Assembly: GCA_016839585.1 (NCBI GenBank)
Contig: JAEOTZ010000050.1
Span: 32,001 to 96,000 of the forward strand
Length of the DNA stretch: 64,000 nt
Reading direction: 5' to 3'
Origin: Promethearchaeota archaeon
GTDB taxonomy: Archaea; Asgardarchaeota; Lokiarchaeia; Sigyniarchaeales; SOKP01
The stretch's first letter is position 1, and every line of letters starts with the position of its first letter. Shown in pieces: positions 49,125-59,036 of the stretch. The position numbers and the translations under genes were made by a program. The notes below the pieces were generated by a model, which searched no databases, was not told where the DNA came from, and was given only the letters and a program-made list of their open reading frames with translations.

Positions 49125-51854
49125 ACGAGAGAAAAAAGTAAATTAAAAACGATTATAATAGCTTTAGCGATAGTTTTCACATTTTATAATGTCTTCAATG
49201 ATCAGGATAGAACTATGGAAATTGGGGAAGAACCTAATTTAAGAAATCCAATAATATCAAGCTACTGGACGACAAATTTTATACATATTGATGGCAATTG
49301 GTCAGCTACAGCATTTACCTATGATTGGTGTAATGGCGATGGATCATGGGAAAATCCCTACATAATTGAAAACGTTACTATTGATGCAAGTAGTTCACCA
49401 ACAGGAAGCGGGATCTATATAAAGAATTCTAAAAATGATTATTTTATCATCAAAAATTGTACAGCTTATAATTCAGGGACAGATTATTATGACGGAGGAA
49501 TTAAATTGGAAAATACTAACAATGGGACGTTAATAAATAATAATTGTTCTAATAATGCAGGATGTGGGATTGTAATGATTTTAGGCTGTGAAAACAATAC
49601 TCTAAGAGGAAACACCGCAAATGAAAATAGTTATAATGGGATACGGTTAAATGATTTTTGTAGCAATAATTTCATTCTGGACAATACCATATACAATAAC
49701 CAATATCAAGGGGTATATATAACTGAGTATTGCGATTATAACGATATTTCGGGGAACATTATTAATGATAACCATGATGATGGGATACATTTAGATAGTA
49801 GCAGTTATAATACTTTCTTTGGAAATACTATAACTAATAATAATGGTGCTGGAATATTTATACATAGATGCAATCATAACACCATCTCTGGGAACACTGT
49901 AAATTACAATACTGGACCTGGGATTTATTTATCTAATGGGAATCCCCTCAATAATGATCACCATAATGTCTCGGAAAATACCATTAACTATAATAACGTC
50001 GGAATAACTCTCTATGTCAGCAATTTAAATATGATCTACCAAAACACTGCTAATGACAATCCAAATTTTGGTATGACTTTATATGATTCTGATAACAACA
50101 CTATTTTGGAAAACAACTTTAACCATAGCGATTATGGGATATATTTATCGGAATGCGAGTATAACAACATTTCCGGAAATATGGTAAATAACCATAGAAC
50201 CTATGGAATATTATTTGATAGTTGCTATAATAATACTCTCATGGAAAATACCTTATACAATAATTTTAATGGAATATTTTTAGAATATTCTGATGATAAT
50301 TCCCTAGTGGGAAATACTGCGAATAGTAATGGATGGAACGGAATACATATATATGAAAGTTATAATAATAGTCTCTTAGGAAACACTGCAAATAATAATC
50401 ATAATAGAGGAATATACTTATTTCACTTCTGCGATGGTAACAATATTGTGGGAAATATTTTAAATGATAATTGGTTATTTGGTATAGATTTATCTGATGA
50501 TTGCGACAATAACATCCTCTTAGGAAATACTGCATATAATAACACAGATCATGGGATACATTTGGAAGCTCATTGTGATAATAATACAATCTCGGGAAAT
50601 TATCTATTGAATAATACGGGATTAGGTTGTTTCATAAATAACCTATGTAATGATAATCTAGTTTACCTAAATAATTTCATTGGAAATAAGTACAATGCTA
50701 GGGATGATGGAACCAACAATCGATGGGATAATGGGACAATTGGTAATTTCTGGGATGATTTCACGGGAATTGACGCGAATGATGATGGAATTGGGGATAC
50801 TCCTTATGACCTCCTTCCAATAGGAGGAAGTATGGATAATTTCCCAATATGGGATGATGGACCCCATGTTATTACCATAATCTCACCTAAATTTGGGGAT
50901 GCGTATGGAACAATTGCTCCAAGTTTCAATGTCTCGATAAACTTTCCAGTTTTAGATACTTCATGGTATACCGTAAATAATGATATTACAAAATACATCT
51001 TCAATGGATCTTCTGGAACAATAAATCAAACTGCCTGGGATGGTTGTGAAGATGGAATTGTATTAATTAGATTCTTTGTAAATAATACTGTTGGAAACTC
51101 TAGTTCTACTGAAGTCTTTGTCTTTAAAGATACAAAGATACCAATTATTAATATTATTTTTCCAATTAATAATTCTATATTCAGAGAATCTCCTCCAGTT
51201 TATTATTTATCAATAGAAGAAGTAAATTTGAATGTAACTTGGTATACGATGGATGGAGGTATTACTAATATAACTTTTACAGAATTAACGGGGATAATAA
51301 ATCAGACCTTATGGGAAGCGATTCCAAATGGTCAAGTGACCATCAGATTCTATGCTAGAGATGTTGCCGGTCGTATAAACTATGGTGATGTATTTGTCAT
51401 AAAAAATGTCCCTTATCATCTATTATACGTGGAAATTATTGATCAATCTTTCTCTAAAGATGAGTTTAATATAACATTTTATATTTTTGATGAAAATGCT
51501 CAAGGGATTACACCAAATATAATTCAAATGTGGTGGAATGGAACTGATGTAAGTGATGATGTTCAAAATCTTGGGAATGGTTATTTTTTCGTATCATTAA
51601 ATCCTATAACCGTAGGTCCTGGAGATGATCCTATATTGCTTTCCATGATCATTTCTGCTGACGGATATGAAGAAAAATCCTTCGAGACATATATTACGGT
51701 AGATCCAGCCACTTTGGAGAAGGAAGCTGGTGGTAGAGAAGAATTTCCCCTAGTTATCATTATTACAATCAGTTCAACGATAGGGGCTATAGGAGCAACT
51801 GTAATTTCAATAGGAATATGGCGTAAAAGAAGATCGCCAAAAAAAATGAAGTAA
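49125..51854 (+). CDS. Surface glycoprotein with NosD/parallel beta-helix repeats, Ig-like domains and C-terminal TM anchor
   Basis: Many GI.L....N.I.GN repeats; GNFWDDF.G.DANDDGIGD.PY; TM + RKRR; an in-frame signal peptide lies upstream of the track ATG (49215). Confidence 0.88.
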   Translation, partial: TREKSKLKTIIIALAIVFTFYNVFNDQDRTMEIGEEPNLRNPIISSYWTTNFIHIDGNWSATAFTYDWCNGDGSWENPYIIENVTIDASSSPTGSGIYIKNSKNDYFIIKNCTAYNSGTDYYDGGIKLENTNNGTLINNNCSNNAGCGIVMILGCENNTLRGNTANENSYNGIRLNDFCSNNFILDNTIYNNQYQGVYITEYCDYNDISGNIINDNHDDGIHLDSSSYNTFFGNTITNNNGAGIFIHRCNHNTISGNTVNYNTGPGIYLSNGNPLNNDHHNVSENTINYNNVGITLYVSNLNMIYQNTANDNPNFGMTLYDSDNNTILENNFNHSDYGIYLSECEYNNISGNMVNNHRTYGILFDSCYNNTLMENTLYNNFNGIFLEYSDDNSLVGNTANSNGWNGIHIYESYNNSLLGNTANNNHNRGIYLFHFCDGNNIVGNILNDNWLFGIDLSDDCDNNILLGNTAYNNTDHGIHLEAHCDNNTISGNYLLNNTGLGCFINNLCNDNLVYLNNFIGNKYNARDDGTNNRWDNGTIGNFWDDFTGIDANDDGIGDTPYDLLPIGGSMDNFPIWDDGPHVITIISPKFGDAYGTIAPSFNVSINFPVLDTSWYTVNNDITKYIFNGSSGTINQTAWDGCEDGIVLIRFFVNNTVGNSSSTEVFVFKDTKIPIINIIFPINNSIFRESPPVYYLSIEEVNLNVTWYTMDGGITNITFTELTGIINQTLWEAIPNGQVTIRFYARDVAGRINYGDVFVIKNVPYHLLYVEIIDQSFSKDEFNITFYIFDENAQGITPNIIQMWWNGTDVSDDVQNLGNGYFFVSLNPITVGPGDDPILLSMIISADGYEEKSFETYITVDPATLEKEAGGREEFPLVIIITISSTIGAIGATVISIGIWRKRRSPKKMK

Positions 51855-51972
51855 GTTATATTACCAATTTAACCAATTTTTTTTTAATTTTTAACTTATT
51901 TTTTTTTATGTATAATTTTTCTGTATATTTAAATACTTATATCATATAGATATAGTATAGCGTATCAAAGAG

Positions 51973-52062
51973 TGGTGAGATTACTTTTTGGGATATTAGC
52001 TTTTTTTAACGAGCAACTTTGTTGGCCCAAACAAAGTTCTTAAACAATATCCCCTCTCACCA
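51973..52062 (+). ncRNA. Candidate structured non-coding element (nested three-helix hairpin)
   Basis: TGGTGAGA/TCTCACCA, GGGATATT/AATATCCC and AACTTTGTT/AACAAAGTT nested inverted repeats; TTTAAATA at 51928. Confidence 0.45.
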
Positions 52063-52308
52063 TAGTTTGTCCTAATATCATACTTGGAGAATTTGACTAA
52101 ATAATAAAAAATTCATTAGTAACCTTTTCTCTTATAATAAATCGCAAATATTAAAACCTATCTCAATTGGACTTTATTCTAATATTTATTTTCGCCTGCC
52201 CATTTACAGGCCAAACATAGTTCTGGTATTATCATTTTTTCCCTAGTGGTAATAATTCATTTTGTCTTATCTAAATTTATAATCCTCTTATATTTAAATA
52301 TTTTTACT

Positions 52309-52332
52309 ACAGTTTGATAAATATCAAACTGT
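52309..52332. promoter_or_regulatory. Perfect 11-bp inverted repeat (operator- or terminator-like)
   Basis: ACAGTTTGATA-aa-TATCAAACTGT next to TTTAAATA at 52293. Confidence 0.5.
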
Positions 52333-52352
52333 TTCTCATGGTTTCGGATAAT

Positions 52353-52700
52353 TTATGGGATGCTGTATTCTTTAATTGTATTTTTTTCAATAATTTTTAT
52401 TAATTTAGGAGTTATGTCAAAATTTTCTCCCCCTAATAACACTCCAGTTTTAGAAAAGAAGTAGATTCTAAGGTCTTTATCATATTCTACTTGTACTAAA
52501 TAATGAGGATGGGAAGTTTTAGCAATAATTATTCTTTTAAATGGTTCTCCTTTAATAAAGACGGTCTCATCTTTAATTCTTAAGATTTTTATATTTGACG
52601 GTTTTTTCTCCCTGTATTCTTTTTTCCCAAACTTAACAATTTCTTTTAAGACCTTTCTACCAGATATCATAAATATCTCTAAGATCGAACTTGAATTCAA
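52353..52700 (-). CDS. Hypothetical protein coupled to the CoiA-like gene
   Basis: Its start overlaps the upstream stop by 4 bp. Confidence 0.65.
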   Translation of the reverse strand: MNSSSILEIFMISGRKVLKEIVKFGKKEYREKKPSNIKILRIKDETVFIKGEPFKRIIIAKTSHPHYLVQVEYDKDLRIYFFSKTGVLLGGENFDITPKLIKIIEKNTIKEYSIP

Positions 52701-53557
52701 TTATTTATAAAATCATCGATTTTAATTTCTATTTGCTCTCGAAAGTGATTCTTATCGTCTAGCATATGTCCATGTTTTAGTATCTTTATACCTTTTTTCC
52801 ATTTTAAGGCATTGTAAGGGATATAATATCCATATTTTTCTTTAAAGTGTGAGATAATCTCTCTTGTTGGAATCCTAAGATTTATAAGTTCTTCTCTTTT
52901 CTTTCTCTCTTTTAACTTTTTTTTACAGACATTAGTAATATATTGATTTATTTCTTTAATGCACGACCATTCAACATTCACATCTCGAAACCGTGCCAGT
53001 TTATATTTTTTGCCAGTAAATACCAATTCTAAGGAAGGGATTGAACCACAGATGACACTTCTCTGTTTTTTATACCGTACATAACGCATCATCCCATTGC
53101 CATCCATCTTATATTGAAAATACTTGGTAAAATGTAAGGGATAGACAGGAGTTAATAGGCCATCCTTAGTCATGTTCATGCAATAGACTCGCCCCTTATA
53201 CATTTTTTGCAATTGTTCCTCCTCTATGGATACCAGAATTCCATCTTGATTTATTGGCAATTTATTATAGGTAATACCGTTATGAATCCATAAAACATAG
53301 ATCCCTTTTCGACTATAATCTAAGGTACGTTCTTTAAGCTCTTCTGGGCTTATTTTGGTATGTTGGAATTCAATCACGAATTTCTTACCATCAGATAACT
53401 CACCGTAAAGGTCAGCTCTGCGATTGCCAATCATCCGTTCCAATTCGATTTTTGTTATATTATTGTCGTTCGGAAGATTATCCTGAAAATATAACTTCAT
53501 TCTCATATGTTCAATAGATTCAGATTTCTTTTCTTCGGACTGATTTGATATTTCCAT
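52697..53557 (-). CDS. CoiA-like PD-(D/E)XK nuclease
   Basis: ESIEH..MK...E.MIGNRRADL...VIEFQH..IS...ERT.DY...GIYVLWI. Confidence 0.8.
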   Translation of the reverse strand: MEISNQSEEKKSESIEHMRMKLYFQDNLPNDNNITKIELERMIGNRRADLYGELSDGKKFVIEFQHTKISPEELKERTLDYSRKGIYVLWIHNGITYNKLPINQDGILVSIEEEQLQKMYKGRVYCMNMTKDGLLTPVYPLHFTKYFQYKMDGNGMMRYVRYKKQRSVICGSIPSLELVFTGKKYKLARFRDVNVEWSCIKEINQYITNVCKKKLKERKKREELINLRIPTREIISHFKEKYGYYIPYNALKWKKGIKILKHGHMLDDKNHFREQIEIKIDDFINN

Positions 53558-53732
53558 TTTCCTATTTTCTTTGCTTTTTATCTTTTTACAAGTAAATAAA
53601 GTATAGAGTATTTAAACTTCCCAGAAGTGCCAAATTATTAATTTTTTTTTCCCTTTTTTTTTAAATAAAGGAAGATCTTTCTAATTAGTACCCCCCATTA
53701 ATTTTTAATAAATGATTTTTCAAAGGATAAAA

Positions 53733-55637
53733 ATGGCTGAGAAAGAAAAAGTTCAGGATAAGAAAGAAAAGATAGAATATCTTGTTAAGGAGATTTCTCG
53801 CCATAGGTATCTTTATTATAATGCTCAGCCAGAAATTTCTGATGCAAAGTATGACGCTTTAGAAGATGAGTTACGAGGACTTGATCCAGATAATCCAATA
53901 TTATTTAAGATTGGTGTGGATTCTTCCGAGCTTTTCACAAAACGTGAGCATATTATACCTATGTCTTCTCAGGATAAGGTTACAAACCCCCCTGAATTTA
54001 CTAAATGGGCAAGAAAATGCAATTATACAACTTTTCTCATCCAATTTAAGTTAGATGGCATAAGTATAGAATTACAGTATGAGAATGGAGTTTTAAAGTA
54101 TGCTATTACTCGTGGTGATGGAAAAATTGGAGATGATGTATCCGCTAATGTAATTAAAATGAAAGGATTTGTTCCTAAGTTGAAGGTTTCTTTTTCTGGT
54201 GCGGTTCGAGCTGAGATCTTAATGTTTCATGATATTTATGAAGAGAAATATAACCAAATGCAAAATTGCAGAAATGCGGCAGGAGGCATAGTACGAAGAA
54301 AAGATGGAGTTGGGAGTGGAGATCTCAATTTAGTCTATTACGATGCAATTGCCTTAGATGATAAGGTTCAATTTGAAAGCGAGATTAAGAAAGTAAAGTG
54401 GTTACAAGAACAGGGATTTCCCACTATTAAGACTAAGATTGTACATTCTGTGAAGGAAGTAATTGATACCCGTGAATATGTGATGGATTCGCTTCGAGAT
54501 ACTTTAGAGTATGATATTGATGGGCTTGTTATTAAGGGAAATACTATCGATTTAGAAGATATGAAGAGAGTAAGACCAATGACTCAGATTGCATTTAAAT
54601 TTCAAGCAGAGGAGATTGAGACTGTTTTATTAGATGTAGAATGGAGTTTGAGTGGACATAATTATACTCCTGTTGCGATTGTTGAGACTGTAAAATTAAT
54701 GGGAACGAATGTGAGCAGGGCAAGTTTAGCAAATCCTAATTTAATTGACGAGTTAAAGTTGAAGATTGGCTCAGAAGTAATGATTAGCAAAAGAGGAGAT
54801 ATTATTCCAAAAATAGAGCGGGTATTAGGAACACCCTCTGATGCTAAAGATATTGTCGTTCCAGATACCTGTGAGGTATGTAAAACTCAATTAGTTAATG
54901 AAGGGACTCGATTGTATTGTCCTAATGAATTGTGTCCCAAACGGTTATACCATCGTCTTATAAAATGGATAAGTAAGCTCAATGTGAAGCATTTTAGCGA
55001 AAAGTTAATGCTCTCTAAATTATTTGATACAGGTAAGTTACAAAAAATTGTCGATTTTTATGATTTAAAAGTGTCAGATCTGACTATTTTTGAGGGTGTG
55101 AAGGAAACCTCTGCCAAAAAGGCATTGGATAATTTATTTCGGGTAAAAGAAGTTCTGTTAGCCACCTTTGTTGCTGGATTTGATATTGAAAATATGGGAG
55201 AACAATTAGTACAGAGGGTAGTAGATGCTGGTTTTGATACTTTAGAAGATATTAAAGACGTTTCCGTTTATGAGTTATCAAGGATTGACGGATTTGCTGA
55301 AACTACTGCTCACTATTTAATTAATGGGGTGAACACTCTCTATCAAGATATGTTAGATGTATTAAATACCAATAAAATTAAAATAAAGGGAAAAAAGATG
55401 GGAGGAAAGTTAGAAAGTTTGAGTTTTTGTTTTACTGGAAAGCTTAATACTATGAATCGAGCAGAGGCAGAACACCTTGTAGCTGAACATGGAGGAATTG
55501 CTAAGAGTGGGGTTGTAAAAGGGCTGTCATACTTAGTGACCAACTCCACAGAGAAGACTGCTAAATATGTAAAGGCTCAAGGACAGGGAACAAAAATAAT
55601 ATCAGAGCAAGAATTCCTTGATATGATAAATAAATAA
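53733..55637 (+). CDS. ligA: NAD-dependent DNA ligase
   Basis: YY...PEISDAKYD, KLDG adenylation site, TRGDG, RNAAGG, DIDGLVIK, zinc finger, HhH repeats and BRCT (FCFTGKL). Confidence 0.96.
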   Translation: MAEKEKVQDKKEKIEYLVKEISRHRYLYYNAQPEISDAKYDALEDELRGLDPDNPILFKIGVDSSELFTKREHIIPMSSQDKVTNPPEFTKWARKCNYTTFLIQFKLDGISIELQYENGVLKYAITRGDGKIGDDVSANVIKMKGFVPKLKVSFSGAVRAEILMFHDIYEEKYNQMQNCRNAAGGIVRRKDGVGSGDLNLVYYDAIALDDKVQFESEIKKVKWLQEQGFPTIKTKIVHSVKEVIDTREYVMDSLRDTLEYDIDGLVIKGNTIDLEDMKRVRPMTQIAFKFQAEEIETVLLDVEWSLSGHNYTPVAIVETVKLMGTNVSRASLANPNLIDELKLKIGSEVMISKRGDIIPKIERVLGTPSDAKDIVVPDTCEVCKTQLVNEGTRLYCPNELCPKRLYHRLIKWISKLNVKHFSEKLMLSKLFDTGKLQKIVDFYDLKVSDLTIFEGVKETSAKKALDNLFRVKEVLLATFVAGFDIENMGEQLVQRVVDAGFDTLEDIKDVSVYELSRIDGFAETTAHYLINGVNTLYQDMLDVLNTNKIKIKGKKMGGKLESLSFCFTGKLNTMNRAEAEHLVAEHGGIAKSGVVKGLSYLVTNSTEKTAKYVKAQGQGTKIISEQEFLDMINK

Positions 55638-55733
55638 TTTTTCTTATTTTTTTTTTAATTTGCATAATAATTTATATTTATGTATCTTATACCATTTTAA
55701 TACTAAGCTCAGCAAAAGAAAAGATGATTACTT

Positions 55734-56696
55734 TTGGGTAAGAATAAAGAGAATATCGGTGATATTTTAATTAAAGCGATGGATTATCTTAACAATGGTA
55801 AATTTAAAGATTCCATTGTTTACTGGGAAAAAGCATTAGCGTTAAATGCCAAAAATCCAACAGCGTGGGTAATGATGGGACAAGCATATGAAGGTCTTGC
55901 AAATTGGAGTAAAGCAATTGAATGTTATGACAAAGTTTTAGCAATTAATCCTCAACATCAATCTGCACAGTGGTTTAAGGAGATAGCTTTAGAGAAATTA
56001 AATCCCCCTAAGAAAGTTGAGAGAGATGAGCGTCTACCAAGTAAAGGGGTACTCTCACCTTTAGCAGATAAAGTTCTGGACGCTTATCTAGTTGAAAAAA
56101 CAAAAGAATATCTGGATGATTTTGTAAAGACAGAAGAGGGAAAAAACTTTATGCAAAAGGCAAAGTCATATTGGGATCAAATCCCTTATGAAATGAAAGA
56201 GACTATTCGTCTTATTCACGAAGTCCCTGATCCTTCTGAAAGAGCTGATTTATTAAAATTATACAGAGAGTCAGTAGCAGCTCAGCGAACTGCTGATACA
56301 TTGTTTGTCTATGAGCGATTAGCTCTTCATTTGACTAATAATGAATTTGTATGGAATATGTTTGTTAATGCTACCATTAAATATAAAATGGATCCTACTA
56401 AATGTCTCGAAATGCTCAATGGAGCACTAAAAGGCAATCCTAAAGATCATCTCAAATGGGGACTTCTTGGTCTTTTGGATTTAGCACTTGGTAAATTAAA
56501 AGATGCTCTTGATTGTTTCAATAAACAGTTAGAACTTGAACCCGATAACTTAGATCCTTATAGCCGCATTAGTATGGTTTATGAACTTGAGAATAATATA
56601 CCAAAATCAATTGAATATTTAGAAAAATATGTTAAAGCATTTCCAAATGATTCCCTTGCTCAAAAAGATTTGGAAAAGCTAAGGAGAAGAAAATAA
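55734..56696 (+). CDS. TPR-repeat protein
   Basis: AWVMMGQAY...AIECYDKVLAINP and ALDCFNKQLELEPD repeats. Confidence 0.85.
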   Translation: MGKNKENIGDILIKAMDYLNNGKFKDSIVYWEKALALNAKNPTAWVMMGQAYEGLANWSKAIECYDKVLAINPQHQSAQWFKEIALEKLNPPKKVERDERLPSKGVLSPLADKVLDAYLVEKTKEYLDDFVKTEEGKNFMQKAKSYWDQIPYEMKETIRLIHEVPDPSERADLLKLYRESVAAQRTADTLFVYERLALHLTNNEFVWNMFVNATIKYKMDPTKCLEMLNGALKGNPKDHLKWGLLGLLDLALGKLKDALDCFNKQLELEPDNLDPYSRISMVYELENNIPKSIEYLEKYVKAFPNDSLAQKDLEKLRRRK

Positions 56697-57062
56697 TCTC
56701 TTACACCACTATCTCTTCAATCTCAAGACACTTTTCTTCTTATCAAAAATTTTGCCCAATAACTCTATTGCCATTATTTTAAAGTTTGATACCGATGAGC
56801 AAAAGTCTAAGCTACTTAAAAGCCCAAAGTTTCAGTAGGAGGAAATTACGAATACTTTACTGATTCATAAAAGGTTTAAGATCTAATTAATCAATTATCA
56901 TAATACGAATGATAAAACAGCATATGGGGATCAGAAATTTACAGGTAAGTGGAGAGAAATTTAATATATTTCAAGATTGGAGATGATTTAAGATTATATG
57001 GCTGTTAAATTTAAATAGGAGAATTAATAAGTCATTGTTAGATAACAAAGATTTTATTAGTA

Positions 57063-58415
57063 ATGAAGAAATTTAAAATAAATAACTATATTACCCTAAA
57101 ATTAGAGGATGGCACTACTAATCTTTATGTAAATGGTGAGCTTTTCCGACAATGTAAATTGCTATTATTAAATATCTCGATTAATGAGGATTTCAGCCAG
57201 GTACAATCTATTGATGAGATAGCAGAAAAAATGGGTTGGACTCCTTTAGGACAGATGTCTCCACATATTAGACTTGAAATCCGAAAGAAAATCTCCCCCG
57301 TGACTGAATTTTGGGCACATTGCTCAAACATACAAGCATGGGTTGAAGATAATTATAATCCTAATATACTTCATCACAGTCTTGCCTTTCCTTTGTTAAG
57401 AAAGTTAGCTGAAACAGGAGATTTGCAAGCTAAAGCTCGATTTAAAGAGGATGTGGCAAAAAGATTAGAAAGTTCAACTCCTCAAGTTATGCTATATCTA
57501 ATTCAAGAGAGATATTTAGAAATCTTTACTAAGGAAGAATTAGAATCTTTGATCCTCAATATTGATTTTAATAATCCTTCAGAAGACGAGTATCTCAAGT
57601 ATGTTCCAAGTATTTTTACCTATCTTTATGATTATAATTTATCAAATAAAGTTAAAGTGATCTTGTTTGAGCATTTGGCTAAACAATTTTATGGGAACTT
57701 ATTTGAAGAATTAAAACAAATTCTATTAAAAAAATACCAAAAGGAGACTCAAATACTATTGGATAAATTATCTCAGGGGATCAAAAACACTAATTTACGA
57801 CGGATTAAGGAATATTTCTATTTTTTTAATATGGAAGAAAAGATCAAATTGTTTCGTGAAGCTTTATCAAGTAAGTTTTTTCATGTCTTATTTGAGTTAT
57901 TAACCGAAAATCCTAGTTTAATAGATCACCTTGAAAAAAAAGACATACCAATTCTCGTAAAAGAAGCATTTATGACAGGAAATCCCTCTGTTATATCACT
58001 CCTAGAAGATGAAGGACATTTAATTCATCTTAGCCATGAACAAATAGAAGAAATAATGGAGAATATTTCTAGTTTTGGATTGTCAAAAAATATTATAGCA
58101 GAAATAGAAGATTGGTATTCTTGGTTAGAGAAAGGATATGTACGATTTAGGAGTTGTTATATTTATAGATATGACGTACAAATACTTCAAGAAATTGAAA
58201 GAGTTTTAAATATTAAATTAATTTACACTCCACATGATATTGCGCTCTCGAACTATATGTTTGAAATTGATGATGAGGGAAGAGTATCTAAATTATTCAT
58301 AACGGACACCATAAAAAGAAAGCTTGATATTCCAGACTCTCTTGTCGAGAGAATTTATACTCTAGAAAATCTTAAAGAATTACATATGAAACATCAAACA
58401 ATTATGATTAATTAA
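57063..58415 (+). CDS. Lokiarchaeal expanded-family protein (EFWxHCSNxQAW domain, usually fused to LRRs)
   Basis: FKINNYITLKLE...YVNG..F.QCK.LLLNI...SIDE...EFWAHCSNIQAW...LAFPLLRKL. Confidence 0.75.
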   Translation: MKKFKINNYITLKLEDGTTNLYVNGELFRQCKLLLLNISINEDFSQVQSIDEIAEKMGWTPLGQMSPHIRLEIRKKISPVTEFWAHCSNIQAWVEDNYNPNILHHSLAFPLLRKLAETGDLQAKARFKEDVAKRLESSTPQVMLYLIQERYLEIFTKEELESLILNIDFNNPSEDEYLKYVPSIFTYLYDYNLSNKVKVILFEHLAKQFYGNLFEELKQILLKKYQKETQILLDKLSQGIKNTNLRRIKEYFYFFNMEEKIKLFREALSSKFFHVLFELLTENPSLIDHLEKKDIPILVKEAFMTGNPSVISLLEDEGHLIHLSHEQIEEIMENISSFGLSKNIIAEIEDWYSWLEKGYVRFRSCYIYRYDVQILQEIERVLNIKLIYTPHDIALSNYMFEIDDEGRVSKLFITDTIKRKLDIPDSLVERIYTLENLKELHMKHQTIMIN

Positions 58416-58597
58416 AAGGCATTATATTTCTTATTAATATTAATAAGAGCTAAGAAAACTTAGGATAGAGGAAAAAATATGAGATAACTTTTTATCTCAT
58501 TTCACTTCATTATTTTGGTATGTGCTTGATTATAAAATCTATTATTATGGCTTAAGCACTTAATCGCTGTTCGCAGAGGAGCAAGAGCCTTAAAACC

Positions 58598-58933
58598 TCA
58601 TAAAACGGATGGAGAATAGCGTTTTGCTGCTCTTGTTAACCCAACATAATTATCTGAAATTTTATAGTACATTTTATCATTTATTACTTTTCTCTCTAAA
58701 TAATTATTTTTTATATAGTGGTTTAAAGAATTCACCATAGTACCGAGCACAACTGCTCCCATATAATTTTGTTTCTTCTTAGTAATCCTTATTAAATCAA
58801 GTTCAGAATGCCACTGACCATCAAGTAAAGCCATCAATATTTCATTTTTCACAGGAATCTTTATATCCTTAATTTTATTGAATAAATTTGAATAATTTGG
58901 TTTATAAAACTCATCTTCTTTAAGATCTTCCAT
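58598..58933 (-). CDS. Winged-helix protein
   Basis: EILMALLDGQWHSELDLIR...GAVVLG...YLERKVINDKMYYKISDNY. Confidence 0.65.
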   Translation of the reverse strand: MEDLKEDEFYKPNYSNLFNKIKDIKIPVKNEILMALLDGQWHSELDLIRITKKKQNYMGAVVLGTMVNSLNHYIKNNYLERKVINDKMYYKISDNYVGLTRAAKRYSPSVL

Positions 58934-59036
58934 TTTTAGATACCTATAAAACGAGTTGTAATCTTAAGAATGAATAAAATATTCAGTTATTTAACAAAAT
59001 ATATTATCACCATAACACATTTAATAGAAAAAGGAC

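Noticed and set aside
48070-53557. MTase plus CoiA-like nuclease as a restriction-modification pair
   Set aside because: They are separated by a 2.7-kb surface-protein gene and convergently oriented, and the nuclease has CoiA-type rather than REase context
58500-58600. Possible selenocysteine read-through of the wHTH gene TGA (frame stays open about 30 codons, hairpin nearby)
   Set aside because: No redox motif context, no AUGA/GA SECIS core recognised, and the wHTH domain is already complete
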